From contig CP075492.1 of NCBI GenBank assembly GCA_021613535.1, positions 1,736,001 through 1,800,000 on the forward strand: a stretch of DNA of 64,000 bases, given 5' to 3'. Position 1 is the stretch's first letter, and every line of letters starts with the position of its first letter. Made by a program: the position numbers and the translations under genes. Below are positions 1 through 11,922 of this stretch, one piece after another. This stretch comes from Adineta vaga (lineage: Eukaryota > Animalia > Rotifera). The notes beneath the pieces are model-generated. The model was not told the origin of the DNA and did no database searches. It worked only from the letters and a program-made list of their open reading frames with translations.

Positions 1-489
1 CTTCAACATATATGTTTAATCATCTCAGTCAGTTTCCAAGACAATTATCATTAATAGATGATAACATTAAAGAATGTTTTGATTGTATCAAATTTAGATT
101 AATTATCTGAAAATTGTTCGTTGAGAAAATTTAACAAATTATAATTATATTGAAATGCACGTATATAAGTATCACAAAGGTGACTGCAATCACGCACTTT
201 TCGTTCATATAAGGAAGCACGAGAAATCTATGAAAGATCATTTGCCATCAAACAGAAGTTTCCAAATAATCAATCATTGGGCACAGCTTACACTAATATG
301 AGCATATCAAATAGGTCAAAGTTATTTATAAAAAAAAATTTATTTGAAAAAGTGATCGACTTCAAAAATGGAAAAACAATTCGAAATCTGTCAACGATCA
401 GTTATCAAACAAACTTTCAACATAAGAATTTAGCTTCTTATGTTATCGCTTCACAGCTGTTCCAATCATTATATATTTGATTTTAATAT

Positions 490-1009
490 TTAATATAATA
501 GACTGGTAAAATATTTCGATTGGAATCGATAATGAATCATTTGTTTGATAAGCCTCAGGTAATTGGAAGTGCCACCCATGACGATATGTTCTTACTAGAA
601 TGTAAAAAGATAATTATAAGTGAAATGTTTCGATCAAGTCACTAGCTGATATATATATATATATACCCTTATGATCATTATTAAATCCATGGTCAAGAAT
701 ATATCGAGCGCATACTTGTGAACATGGATAAACAAGAATTTCTTCAATTTGATCGTTATGTCGACGATTGTGAATAACTGTTTTCTGGTCAAGATAATGA
801 TAGGACCATGATGGATTTTCGATTTTATCAATTTGAATCACATCTTCTCTTTTTCTGTCATATTTTTTGGCTACTGTTTTGAACTATTCAGATGATTCTT
901 CAACAGGTTGTAAGACACTTGGTTCCATTGACCAAACTTCGTTTGTAGGCAAACTCAAAAATGGATAGACTGTATGTTGTGTTTCAATACGAGAATCAAA
1001 TAGACGACC
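490..1009 (-). pseudogene. PARP-like (ART fold) catalytic-domain fragment, 5'-truncated at a telomere-like cassette
   Basis: Minus-strand translation GRLFDSRIETQH...VEESSE*FKTVAKK...IQIDKIENPSWSYHY...EEILVYPCSQ...ILDHGFNNDHK, intron, RTYRHGWHF. Parallels PARP motifs (I.KI.N, E..LFHGT, I...GF, YG.G.YF). In-frame stop; catalytic His position not conserved. Confidence 0.55.
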
Positions 1010-1066
1010 ATCTTGAGGGTGGGTGTGAGTATATTAATTCACGCTTATCCACATTTACATTCATAC
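1010..1066. repeat. Telomere-like head-to-head cassette #1
   Basis: ATCTTGAGGGTGGGTGTGAGT followed by a degenerate C-rich arm (cacgcttatccacatttacattcatac). Confidence 0.75.
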
Positions 1067-1521
1067 GAAAAGTACCTTCAGGATATTCTGTTTTGTATTG
1101 TCAAGCACCTCTGTACTTTTTCTCCAGAAGAGAAAATACTTGACCACGAATCATATGATCTGAAGTTGAGCTTAACAGTAAACCTTTCATGTTTACCTTG
1201 AAGGTCAGTAAATACTTCACTGTACCGTTCTATTGTTCTTATCGTTTCGTTCTCTAAAATGAGAATTTTCCCAGTGATTAAAATACATTTATATACTTTC
1301 TTCCTAGTTTTTACTTTCTGTTGCAAAAAAATAAACTGAACGACGCAAAAAAAAAGAAAGAAAAAAATTTCAGAGCTGAAAAGAATAGATGCAAGGACTT
1401 TCCAGCGATTCGATGATATTTCTATTATGAGTTTCTTAGAAATCAAATTTTATTTTTTATTTCTAAATACAATAAGTATTTCTTAAAAAGTCGATTATTG
1501 TCAATATCCTTTAGACTGTAT

Positions 1522-2430
1522 TTATTTCTTATTCTTTGCGGCATCGGCGAGCTTGCTAAAATCCATAGTACATGCATAACTTTGCGGTTTTTGTTGACCA
1601 TCTTGATAGAATTTTCCATGTTCTAGTTCGTTATGAGAAGCTTTGACTGTATATAGAATAGAATCTGCGCCAAGTTCAGGTGAACGTGAACCAGGTCCAT
1701 GATTATTCAAATCAGTTGAGCAATAACCTGGACATACAGCTAAGATAAGCACATTTTTGGCACCAGACCATTCACGTGCTTCAATACGTGTAAGAGCAGT
1801 AAGTGCTGTTTTCGATACACCATAAATTAAGAAAGGCGACTTGGCATTATAACCGATCTTTTCAGTAGTTTTCGATCCAATTGATGCAATGAAATCTTCC
1901 ACAAGACCATCAAGCTGCTCCTGTGTCAATGTCGACGATTTGTATTTGTTTTGAAGATCGCTCGACATCTCATGTAATGTCCAGGCACCTACTTCACTTG
2001 AGACATTGATTATACGTCCATTCTCTTTAATAAGTGGAGAAAAATGTTTATTGAGAAACTTAATACCATAATAATTAGTAGCAAAAGTTTCTCTAGCACT
2101 ATCAACAGTCGTTTCCATCTTTGAAATACCAGCATTATTAATGAGAATATCTAATTGACCTCCATACTTTTGTTTAATTTCATTAGCAGCACGTGAAATA
2201 CTTTCTGGTGATGATGTATCTAATTGTAGAAGATGCACGTTCGATGGCGAGCCCAGTTGAGTGAGTGCGTCTTGACCTCGTTTTAAATCGCGACTACCAA
2301 GAAGAATAAGGTCATTGTTCGACGACGATGACGGCTCTTTTATAAGTTTCTTTATAACTTCAAAACCTAAACCTTTATTGGCTCCAGTAATAAGGATAAC
2401 CCGTTGTTGTTGTTGTTTTGTTGATGACAT
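1522..2430 (-). CDS. Short-chain dehydrogenase/reductase, carbonyl reductase-like (302 aa, intronless)
   Basis: TGANKGLG cofactor motif, NNAG, NVSS, YGVSK (YxxxK), CPGY..TDLN. Confidence 0.93.
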   Translation of the reverse strand: MSSTKQQQQRVILITGANKGLGFEVIKKLIKEPSSSSNNDLILLGSRDLKRGQDALTQLGSPSNVHLLQLDTSSPESISRAANEIKQKYGGQLDILINNAGISKMETTVDSARETFATNYYGIKFLNKHFSPLIKENGRIINVSSEVGAWTLHEMSSDLQNKYKSSTLTQEQLDGLVEDFIASIGSKTTEKIGYNAKSPFLIYGVSKTALTALTRIEAREWSGAKNVLILAVCPGYCSTDLNNHGPGSRSPELGADSILYTVKASHNELEHGKFYQDGQQKPQSYACTMDFSKLADAAKNKK

Positions 2431-3010
2431 TGTAAATTAATACTTTAATTTCGATAGAGTAATAATCTAAAATTTGAAAACCTTTTTTTCTCAAAAGAAT
2501 GATCGTGAAAGAAAATCTACAAAAAATGACGACGAAGTAAAAATTTGTCGAGCGTCTTATAGGCACCAGAATGTTTCTTTCACCTAAATATTAAAAAAAT
2601 GCATCGTCATATACTACTGATGATTTATGTTGGCCACGAACAAGCAAAAAACTGTTTTTATGAAGCGGAGAGAATGGAAATATGCTTTCTTTATGCGTTT
2701 CTCTTTCTCGTTCTTTCAGGACGTTATCGTGCGCTGTATGCCCTTGTGTGCATTGAGCACGTTAAAGTAAATGTGATGTTACGTTTACATAATCGGTAGA
2801 ATTTTTACATACTAAAAACATTGATAACATTGTAAATTTTCAAGAAAACTCTTTTGTCTTTTGACGGTATATGTACGATAGATTTGTCTTATATTCTATC
2901 GATAAGAAAATTATTTCCGTATTTTTATCTGAATAAAGTTTGAACTAGCAAATAAATATAACTTGATATCATTATTCACACTTTAGAACTGTTTATATTT
3001 CTCTTAATTG

Positions 3011-3064
3011 GAGAGTGTGAGTGTGAGATGAATGACCCACCGTTACGTTCACACATACTCGCCC
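3011..3064. repeat. Degenerate telomere-like cassette #2
   Basis: gagagtgtgagtgtgag...cacacatactcgccc; same G-arm/C-arm layout, heavily diverged. Confidence 0.4.
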
Positions 3065-3397
3065 TATACTCGTCATCAAACAAATAATATTATCAACGAA
3101 AATGAATCAATAAAGAATGCAAAACCATAGCGTTGCTCAGTGACAACCTAAATATAAATATTTCACATTTATTTCATTATAAAAATTTAAACATATGCGT
3201 GCTCATATAAGGCCTCATCTTTTACTTCGTTTTCGTTGTTGATGACTCTCAGTCCAGTTAACTTATCTCTCAAGATACTATTGTCAAACAAAACAAAAGT
3301 ACCTTTACAAGAAAAAAATATTTTGTTTTTGCTTAAGATATTTTCTATATAGGAAATCAATATTTACTTCATCAACAACAGTCAGTAACTTTCGACA

Positions 3398-3600
3398 ATG
3401 AGATTGTTGATGAAAAAACATTGAGTAATCTGTGCAAAGCTTGTTTTGAAAATGATGTTGAATCTGTTCAAGCATTATTCGCAACATCTCCCTTCGAGAC
3501 TATCAACTGTCGAAAAGTAAATGGTAGTACTGATTTACATATTTCAGTAGAAATCAAATAATTGTATCAGTTGTTCGAGAACATCATGCTAGTGAAATAC
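3398..3600 (+). pseudogene. Degraded ankyrin-repeat protein N-terminal fragment
   Basis: CKACFENDVESVQALF...INCRKVNGSTDLHIS resembles an ankyrin repeat (G.T.LH); stops and frameshifts nearby. Confidence 0.45.
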
Positions 3601-4335
3601 ACCTCCATTAATTATGATAGGATTATATATCGCTTATTGAATCTTATTCCTTCTAGTCCATGGAAAAATGCAATAAAAGCAAAATAAACGATGGTAATCT
3701 TAAATTCTATCGAGAATCATATTGATTCACCAAATCAACAGACTAAAGTAAACTTATGAAAAAATATCAATAATCTTGAGGTTTTGAATTTATTTATTTT
3801 CTATATTAAATGAAAATTTCCGATCATTTTCAACCTCTAACACCCTATTTTCCATTCAGATTAATTCAAAATCTCAAGATTATTGATATTTTCATACATT
3901 ATTATATAAAAGTAGAATTAAAACGATTTGAGTACTTAATATTATTTTCAAATTGGTTGTGGACTGAATTTAACAACGTTCAATATGTACAAGATTATGA
4001 TGTTTATGTTTGTGTTTTTCTTCATTTTTTCTTTTTTTGTAAGATCTATTGTATTGTTGAAAATGATCGAAAAAAGATCGAAAATTTCCATTTGGTATGG
4101 AAAATAAATTATTTCATACTAAATTACATATATTTCAATTTCGGTAAAGTAAAAGTATTGATGAAAACTTTTCCGAGAGCGGAGAAGTAGAACCATCTAT
4201 TTACTTAGGCACGTGTGAAACACTATTGTACGCAAACAACTTCTCACTACTATTGTGATGACGCCTGCTGAACGGAGAGAATAAAATCAATCGGTCAATA
4301 CCATTGTTCTTCCTTCTTGTTTGATTGACCCTATT

Positions 4336-4405
4336 CGAGGGTGGGTGTGGATGTGTGTGTGGTATCATTAATCGTACCTACCCTGTCACCCACACCCATC
4401 CACTC
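4336..4405. repeat. Telomere-like cassette #3
   Basis: cgagggtgggtgtggatgtgtgtgtgg-spacer-cacccacacccatccactc. Confidence 0.8.
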
Positions 4406-4671
4406 TTCTTTGATTTGAACTTTATATTCTGTATCAGAAAGAAATAAACAAAGCCATTGATCATCAGGTCTAGTTTTAGTGAAACTTTTGATTCTAGGAA
4501 AACTCGAGGGACAACCCTTCCCTTCCCCAACATTCAAAACTTTGAGGCAGCCCTGCTCGTACGGATCAATTCCATCAGTTTTCGGAAGGTTTGCTTGACC
4601 TAGATATTGTACGAGACTAGATAGGTACTGGCATACATGCGAGAATAATGTTTTATTGTTACAATAAAAAG

Positions 4672-5205
4672 TTAGAGAGCATAGAGAGATGCATCTTGTT
4701 CTTTGATGCTTTTGAGTTGTTCTTGAAGAACTCGCCAAACCTTGTCCGTGAGGTGTTCAGGTTCCGAGAGTGCCGTTATATAGTGATCAATCAGATGCGT
4801 CTCACCGCGGTGAAGTTCGGGGAAGATCTCTGCTTTGTCAAGACCATCATTGAACCAAGCCTTGACGTTGATCCACGAATCATGGACAGCTTCCATAGCC
4901 GACCCCGATGTAACTCTAAATAGAACGAAAAGGTAGAGGATAGAGAGAAAAAGAAAAGAAAAGAAAACTCACGGTTCAATTCCCATATCGCTTCTGAGAA
5001 CACTCGACAATTCCTCAATGAAGCGAAATCGATTTGTGGCCACTTTTTGAAATAGTATTTCAAGTTCAAGATCCTTGCAATCTTCAGCACATGCTCTGTA
5101 GCCATTGTACGAATCATAGAGATTCTCCAACACCCGTTGACATTCGGATATGGTCTTTGGAGATCCCTTAACTAGAACATCTATTGTTGAGTTCGATGCG
5201 TCCAT
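4672..5205 (-). CDS. PA2169/DUF2383-family ferritin-like four-helix-bundle protein, 2 exons (5205-4973, 4915-4672; 158 aa)
   Basis: A GT-AG intron (4972-4916) joins two ORFs in frame. Motifs DSYNGY..CAE, SGSAMEAVHDSWINVK and ELHRGE...Y..AL match the bacterial PA2169 family pattern. Confidence 0.8.
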
Positions 5206-5498
5206 TTTCTATCAGCAGTAAGAATGAGTTTAAAGGAACAAGCGAAGGAAAAAAGAAATGAATGAATGAAGGAAGGAAAGAATATTTGACTATATATATA
5301 CCACTTTTCTTTCCTTCTCTTCGATAATAGTACTATGCATTTGTTAATCGTGATTATGCCAACGCTCGCCATGTACAAAAGAGGTCGCATAGCGTCAGTA
5401 TGAGTAACAAAAAAAGCATTGCAAATAATATTAAGAGGAAGATAAGTAAAAGAACAATCATTCAGCTGAATGTCTCATAGTTAAAAATGAAACAATAA

Positions 5499-5552
5499 AT
5501 CTTGAGGGTGAAGGTGTGGATGTCAGTCGAGCAAACTATGACGTCTTTCCAC
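5499..5552. repeat. Telomere-like cassette #4 (left arm clear, right arm decayed)
   Basis: ATCTTGAGGGTGAAGGTGTGGATGT. Confidence 0.6.
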
Positions 5553-6508
5553 TTTGTTAAAGAGTCTTATCAGGATGTTTTGATTTGATATTTATTTGGA
5601 AGCATCAGTCTATCGAAACTGACGATTTTTCGATCGTTTTTGTATATGAGTGTTGTGATCATAAAACATTCATCAAGGCTATTATCAAATTATAGCATTT
5701 GATAGGACGAAAAGTGTTCTACAAAATCGAAATAAATCGCTGCCATAAGTAAACTGAACCATACTTTAAAACTGTATTGAATCCAAACTACTGATAAAAT
5801 GTCGAAACGTTCAGAACAATATTGTCCATTACAGATGATTTTCAGATTTTTTATTGAAAATACACATCCTTTTCTTTTATGGAAAAATCGATTATTTTCG
5901 CGAGAAGTTAGATTGTTCCGATGCAGCACTAGAATATGTTTGCAAATAAGAGTTACCTATCATCATGACGCGTTCTTTTTTTATTGATAAGATCATAAAA
6001 AACGAAAGAAACACCTGAATTAGAATATTTCTTCGAGTATCTTCTTTGAACTCTAGTTTGACTCACGAATCGCTGCAGGAAATAAAATGATATCGAATCA
6101 ATGACATCGATAGCATGTTAAAGAAAATCTACACTGGAGCATACTGACAGGTTTTCATAATATCCTTGGAAAATACATAAGATGCTATATGGAGAGACTA
6201 TGGAAGAAAATACCTAACAAAAAGAAAGATTTCTATGACGAACATCTTACTAATGTACCATAATGGGCGAAAGCCATGCAAAGATAGATATGAGTAAAAT
6301 ATGACTTAGAATACGAACAAGTATTCATATGCATTTGATTGCTAGAACAGATATTGCAAAGTTGATCATTCTCATATTGTTGTTGATCTAACATATCACT
6401 TCTCTAATTCTTTGAAAAACAGCTCAGTGATCAACTTCCTTAACATTACACATATGGATTACACCGCAAGTTAGATGAGCTCATTGCAAAGACAAAAAAG
6501 GAAAATTT

Positions 6509-6564
6509 TGGATGTGTGTGTGGGTATATCCTCTTCACGCACATCTACACACCCATGCCCTCAA
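6509..6564. repeat. Telomere-like cassette #5 (spacer class A)
   Basis: ggatgtgtgtgtggg-tatatcctctt-cacgcacatctacacacccatgccctcaa. Confidence 0.75.
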
Positions 6565-7138
6565 TAAATCATTTAAACTACAACAGTTAATCGATAAATG
6601 CACCATTGATGAAAATTGAATATATGAATTCGATTTTGGAAGTGATTGTTTAGGTATAAGTGATGTTTGCAATTGTGACATTGCAGGTAATTGAAATATC
6701 ATATCATCTGATAATTCATAACAATCGATCATTCGAAGAGAAGATAATTCAGATAGTAATGATAATATTTTGTAAAGAGAATTCCAATTATTTTCTGTTA
6801 TTTTGTGTAAAGTTATTGAACGAAGATGAGAAAGTTGTAAAAGTAAAAATTTTGAAAGAAATAAATGAACTGGATAACATGTATTTTCATTTGATAAATG
6901 TAATGAATAAAGTTGATTTTGAATTGTTTTATCAGTTGATAATTTCTGACAAAATTCCTTACATTGAAATTTGTTTTGAATATTTTCGAAACTTAGACTA
7001 AATGGAATCTTTCGTATAAGAATATTGAAACGATGATTTAATTGATCAAACGAATAAAAACTATGAATAATATTGAGATATTGAAAAACATTGAAATAAG
7101 ATTTCATTTGGTAAAATTTCAAATTTTGTTTGTGACAT
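6565..7138 (-). pseudogene. F-box/LRR-like gene, frameshifted and 3'-truncated at cassette #5
   Basis: MSQTKFEILPNEILFQCF, frameshift near 7085, then QYLNIIHSFYSFDQLNHRFN and LRR-like repeats. The ORF runs into the cassette (RAWVCRCA). Confidence 0.7.
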
Positions 7139-7552
7139 TGTGATAAGAATTTATAAATTGTGAAATAACGTCTTTTTACTGCTTCTTTTCATATCAAAAA
7201 TAGCATGTTGGTTAATATCTAAAGGTATCTGTTTAATAACTCATGATGTTGTTTGAAGAAAAAGTCGATAGCTTGAGGAAAAAACTTTCTCGATGAATAA
7301 ATACTTGAAGAAGATATTGGAGCAGTTAGTATTGGATTAAAATATAAAACACGGCATATAATATATGTGATTTATTGTATTCGAAGGAAAGAAATAGAAA
7401 TAAAAGAGGATTAAAGTTTAATATCAAGATGAATTTTGTTGTTGCTGAGCCAATGAATTCGTTGCCATATTTATCAATAATATTTTAGATCATAGCTTCT
7501 AAGATACGGTGCAAAAGTTTTTGTACAATATGTTCGACTTTATCACACCACA

Positions 7553-7638
7553 TGAGGGTGTGAATGGGGGTGGATGTCCGTGTGGTTGAGAGTGTGGGTC
7601 TCTTCTATTCACTTCTCACCCACACCCACCCTCAAGAT
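7553..7638. repeat. Telomere-like cassette #6 (spacer class B)
   Basis: tgagggtgtg...gtgtggg-tctcttctatt-cac...cacccacacccaccctcaagat. Confidence 0.85.
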
Positions 7639-8276
7639 TTGACTACGACCATGTATAAAACGATTGACAGGATATTTTATTAATTTATAAAACAGTATCG
7701 CGTGTGCACATAAACTCAAGTATAAGAATCAATATAATCTTGTTTAAAAGGGCGTTGTCAGCATACATATACTTTTTCTTTCCTCTCTGTGTTTTTTTAT
7801 CACGAATCATTGACGTCAAATTTGAAAGTTCAACTTTACAATGAAAGTGATATAGAACGAAGGAGATGGATCATCGTCCTTAAAAATTTATTTTGTTTGT
7901 AATAACAAGTTCGTGTTATTTTCTATACTCGTTGCTGATGAATGATTTTCATTGGTTAAGCAAAATTGTCTCAATATGTTAATATAGAACAAATCCATAC
8001 AATCACCATGATCTTTGATACGATGTTGTGATTTTCGTTGTGCGAGGAATGTAAAAAAAGTGATTATAATCAAATTATGATAAAAATCAAAAATAACAGT
8101 AAGAAAAAAAACTAGTTTTGCTTCTTAAACAGTTCAGGTAAGTAGGAAGACAAACAACTGCATATTTTTGAAATTCAAAGAGAAAAATTAACAAGTATTT
8201 TTCATTCATTTTATAAGAAGTTATGACATTGATTACATTTCTGTTGAAATAATAATAGAAAATATTAGAAAAAGAA

Positions 8277-8993
8277 ATGAAAACTATTTCAATTACTAAA
8301 TTTTTTTTGCAAATAGTATTATGTATTTCGTGTTGTGCAAGTCACCGATATGTTTTACCTCGACATTTTTTTATCGATAATTATCAAGAACATTTGGTTT
8401 TGTATGATGAATCGAATTCTACAAATCCATTAACTTTCGATATTCGTTTACGTTATGTATTGGGCCAAGATCGACTTATAATTGCTGATTCATCATCCCC
8501 TAAAAAAATTCTTTACAAAATTATTTGTCAAAACAAAGACTATTGTCATATCCTCGGTTGGACAAGAAATCGAACCAATGTAACAGTTTTAGCTACTCTC
8601 AATACAATGGCATGGTATCCATATCCAACAAAAACTGATCCAGAATTTTACATAGAAGAAGAACGTAATGAAACTAATGACAAAATTAAATCGACAGCAT
8701 TGTTGCAGCAACCTCTGTTAATTTCAAGTGAACTATTTGATGATGTATTGAATGTGACTTTCTTTCCTTTACAGAGAAAATATACAATTGCCTATGGTAC
8801 AGGTGATATTGTAGTTGATATCAATCATTTTGATCGTAGCACACCATATGATGATAAGATTGTCTATTTTTTACAAATTGTCGAAGATGTTAATTCAAAA
8901 ATTGATCCCGCTTTTCTTATTAGCATTTGCATTTCGATAGATTACATGGAATGGCCATATTATTTTTCATCCAGTTATTCGATATACTTCTAA
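8277..8993 (+). CDS. Secreted protein (238 aa), weak tubby-C/LURP-one-like appearance
   Basis: Intact ORF with N-terminal signal-like segment, beta-rich core and C-terminal DPAFLISICISID helix. Confidence 0.6.
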   Translation: MKTISITKFFLQIVLCISCCASHRYVLPRHFFIDNYQEHLVLYDESNSTNPLTFDIRLRYVLGQDRLIIADSSSPKKILYKIICQNKDYCHILGWTRNRTNVTVLATLNTMAWYPYPTKTDPEFYIEEERNETNDKIKSTALLQQPLLISSELFDDVLNVTFFPLQRKYTIAYGTGDIVVDINHFDRSTPYDDKIVYFLQIVEDVNSKIDPAFLISICISIDYMEWPYYFSSSYSIYF

Positions 8994-9519
8994 TCTTATT
9001 TATTGAAACACAAAACAAAGGAATACATTTTATGATATTTATCTGATGAATAGAATTTGTGAAACTAGCCATTTTTCGTAAATATTAAACGTAGAATCTT
9101 GAATAAGAAAGGCAACAAATTAAATGATCAGTTCGATATGTTGATCAGTAGAAAATTCAGTGCTGAGGAATTATTAAATTTGCTTGTTTATTTAATTATT
9201 TAATTATTTAAATGCATATGTCCTAGGCAAAATTGAGTCTTAGACAAAATTAAACTTAGGTAAAATTCGTTTATAATTAGGCGCACAGGCAAGAAATTAG
9301 TTTTTCTTTTATAATTAAATGCTATTTTTTATTCAGGTAATTTAGATAAATGTTTTAACCATAATGAATAGTGGGTGACAGCGCAGGTGAATAGATAGTG
9401 GAAGTATCTTAGAAGTACACTGAATTCCCAGATGGTCATAATAGTAATTTCAAAAAAGACAAGATCATTAGACAATTTATAGTTGGTTGAATAAAGCTAG
9501 AAAAACATGGACGAGACGA

Positions 9520-9569
9520 AGGGTGTGGGTGTGGGTGTAAAACGTTCACCACACCCACAACCTCGAGAT
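9520..9569. repeat. Telomere-like cassette #7
   Basis: agggtgtgggtgtgggtgt-aaaacgtt-caccacacccacaacctcgagat. Confidence 0.85.
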
Positions 9570-9577
9570 TTGGTAAT

Positions 9578-10245
9578 TTAAAATGTTATTCTACGAATAT
9601 TCAACGTATGAAACAAGTCGAAACATTAGTTTTGAAAAGAGGTGCATGTCTTGAATGTGATGATCTTGCATTCGGTGATTTCAATTTAGAAGTTCAAATG
9701 TTCAAAATATGGATTATTTCAAATCATTAGCTTCTAAAAAATAAAGATTTTATTATCTATTGTGTGAATCTGATGTTCTTTTCTTTCTCTTGCAAGCTGT
9801 TTTTAAAATACGAATTGACCAATGTATTTATCATGTTAATATAGAATGATATTATACAATAGTGAATTCATTTTTTTACAAATAGAATTATGGTCAGATG
9901 ATTCTAATGTTATTCTTTATATTTATCGTTATATTCCACATGTACGTTATTTTTTTTAATCAGTTGAATCATTGTCGAACTATGGTCAATGTGATCACAA
10001 TTAGTTATGAAAGACGACTATTATTTATGAAACTAACTGATGAAAAACCATTCGAAACATGTTTAGCCAATAAAGATCTTGTATTCATATTATTACAGAA
10101 GAAAGAACGAAAATTATTGGAAAAAGTATTGCCATTGTCCCCGTCACTTATTGATGAATTAGATGGAAATGGTTATCATTTATCATGCTATGTTTGTTTA
10201 AAAGTTCATGGTTGTCGAAATCGATTGGTAGATATGTTAATTTGA
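9578..10245 (+). pseudogene. 5'-truncated degraded paralog of the F-box/ankyrin-like gene at 24336-25907
   Basis: MKQVETLVLKRGACLECD vs IKQIESLILTQGASFQYD; NKDLVFILLQKK...SPSLIDELDGNG...VHGCRNRLV vs NKDLLFILLKKK...SPLLIHQLDQDG...VSGCRHRLI. Confidence 0.75.
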
Positions 10246-10689
10246 ATGAAATTAAATTACTAAGAAGTCGATAATATGAATGAAATTTATAATCAACTTT
10301 CAACTATATTTAAATACATATGAATATCTTTTCTGATCAATATTAAGTTCTATTATCTAAATAGTTTTAATACAAATAAAATGCTTTATTTTCAATCCTC
10401 GAAATACTGAAAAATATTCGCTATAGAATAGAATAGCATATATAAAACACTATATAGTTGTGTCTATATCCTAAGTGTCCAAAGAAGGATTAATAAAAAC
10501 AGTTTTCGATTGTTCCTATGTAATTTTATTCAGCTGAGAGTGTTCATATAATGCAAACCAAAAGAAAGCAAATGAAAAATGCAACAAATATGTTCCAGCA
10601 AATGTGAAGTACTACAACACTAAATTCTAATAAACGACGACAAGATTAATAACAAATGTTGATACTCAAAAACAATCATTTGATGTTAT

Positions 10690-11060
10690 CGTTGTTTTTT
10701 GTTAGGTAATTGTCCATGAGGAAAAGTGTATTTTCTTTCATTTTGGATATTCAATAATTCACCCGTTTCCTTGATCAGTTCTTCAGTAATTCATTTTACT
10801 TATTCATCACCAGCTCCAATCAAAGCATTATCAAGACGTTCTCGAATTTCACTCACCAATAACAAAGCCTTCTTTGGTTTGGTTAACAAATAATGTTCCT
10901 GATCGATCAATTTTTTCATTTCATCATAGGAGTTACTATTCTTTTCATTCTCCTTTCTCAAACGATCGTTAGCAGCTTTTAATGCTCATTGTTCTTGAAG
11001 ATAAACTGGTTAGGCTTTTAGTACAGCACGAATCATATCAGTTTTAGATTGGCACAAGAT
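10690..11060 (-). pseudogene. Decayed coding fragment, identity unknown
   Basis: Protein-like frame KTDMIRAVLKA*PVYLQEQ*ALKAANDRL...LLLVSEIRERLDNALIG with several stops. Confidence 0.3.
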
Positions 11061-11499
11061 GAGGTGAACCTAAATCAAAGAATGTGATTGCATCCCATGT
11101 TAAAAGAAGACGGCTAATTGAAGATAACGATAGCAATTTTTTATTTTCTGTAACAATATTTTCATTGATACTAAATATGATTGCGAGTGCTATTCGTATA
11201 TATCTACTTGTAAGCGAATAAATATTTTATTTATTTTCCTTTGATCTTTCGTTCTACACATATATAGTATACTACTTCGATTATTTTTTGTTCATATTGA
11301 CCTATATCTGAACACTTGCTCATGGAAGAGAAAGAAGAATTTATTATTGAAAAACTAGAAATGTGCAATATTTTCTTTTTTCAGTTGAGTTTCAGAAAAA
11401 AAGAGGATTTTCATCGCAACAAGAAGAAAAAGAGGAGGAATGGGTAGCAAGGTGTCATATGTTATTGTTCTATGGATGATCTTGTTGGTTTATATATTA

Positions 11500-11754
11500 C
11501 TATTGAATACGATTCATTTGTAAATTGTTCTGTAACGATGAATTTTGAAGTGTTTGAACATTAGTTACATGCACGCGGTTTTGATTGTAAGGCAAGCATT
11601 GTCTTATAATTTTCAAGATTTCTTTTCGAAAAATACTTCCAGTTAATGTGAACATATAAAAGCTAGTTGAATGAACAAAATATGACAGCACACCTAATAT
11701 TTTATTAGCTGCAGTTTCTTTACTGATTCGAAGTGTATCCTTAACCATATTGCT
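11500..11754 (-). pseudogene. GPCR C-terminal fragment (TM7 + helix 8), truncated at cassette #8
   Basis: ILGVLSYFVHSTSFYMFTLTGSIFRKEILKII is a typical rhodopsin-class TM7/H8 tail; upstream sequence is the cassette. Confidence 0.7.
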
Positions 11755-11833
11755 TGTGTGGGTGTGGGTATTGATGGACGTATATGAGGCTATGCTCTTA
11801 ACCCTTACCCTTACCCACATCCACCCTCAAGAT
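11755..11833. repeat. Telomere-like cassette #8 (spacer class C variant)
   Basis: tgtgtgggtgtggg...gctatgctcttaa-cccttacccttacccacatccaccctcaagat. Confidence 0.85.
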
Positions 11834-11922
11834 CATGTAGAGAAATGTTCTACAGCTAAATAATTTTCTAATGCATGTTTTATTATTTTGACTTAGCAAT
11901 GCAAAAGAAAACATCAACTACA

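Noticed and set aside
3265-3880. Isolated CTCAAGAT/ATCTTGAGG words (~3270, 3773, ~3873) as extra cassettes
   Set aside because: No adjoining TGTGGG/CCCACA arms; could be chance in AT-rich DNA.
4331-4738. 135-aa ORF, and other ORFs reading WVWVW or THTHTH (11500, 19518, 31604, 31757)
   Set aside because: These peptides are translations of the telomere-like cassettes, or shadows of real genes.
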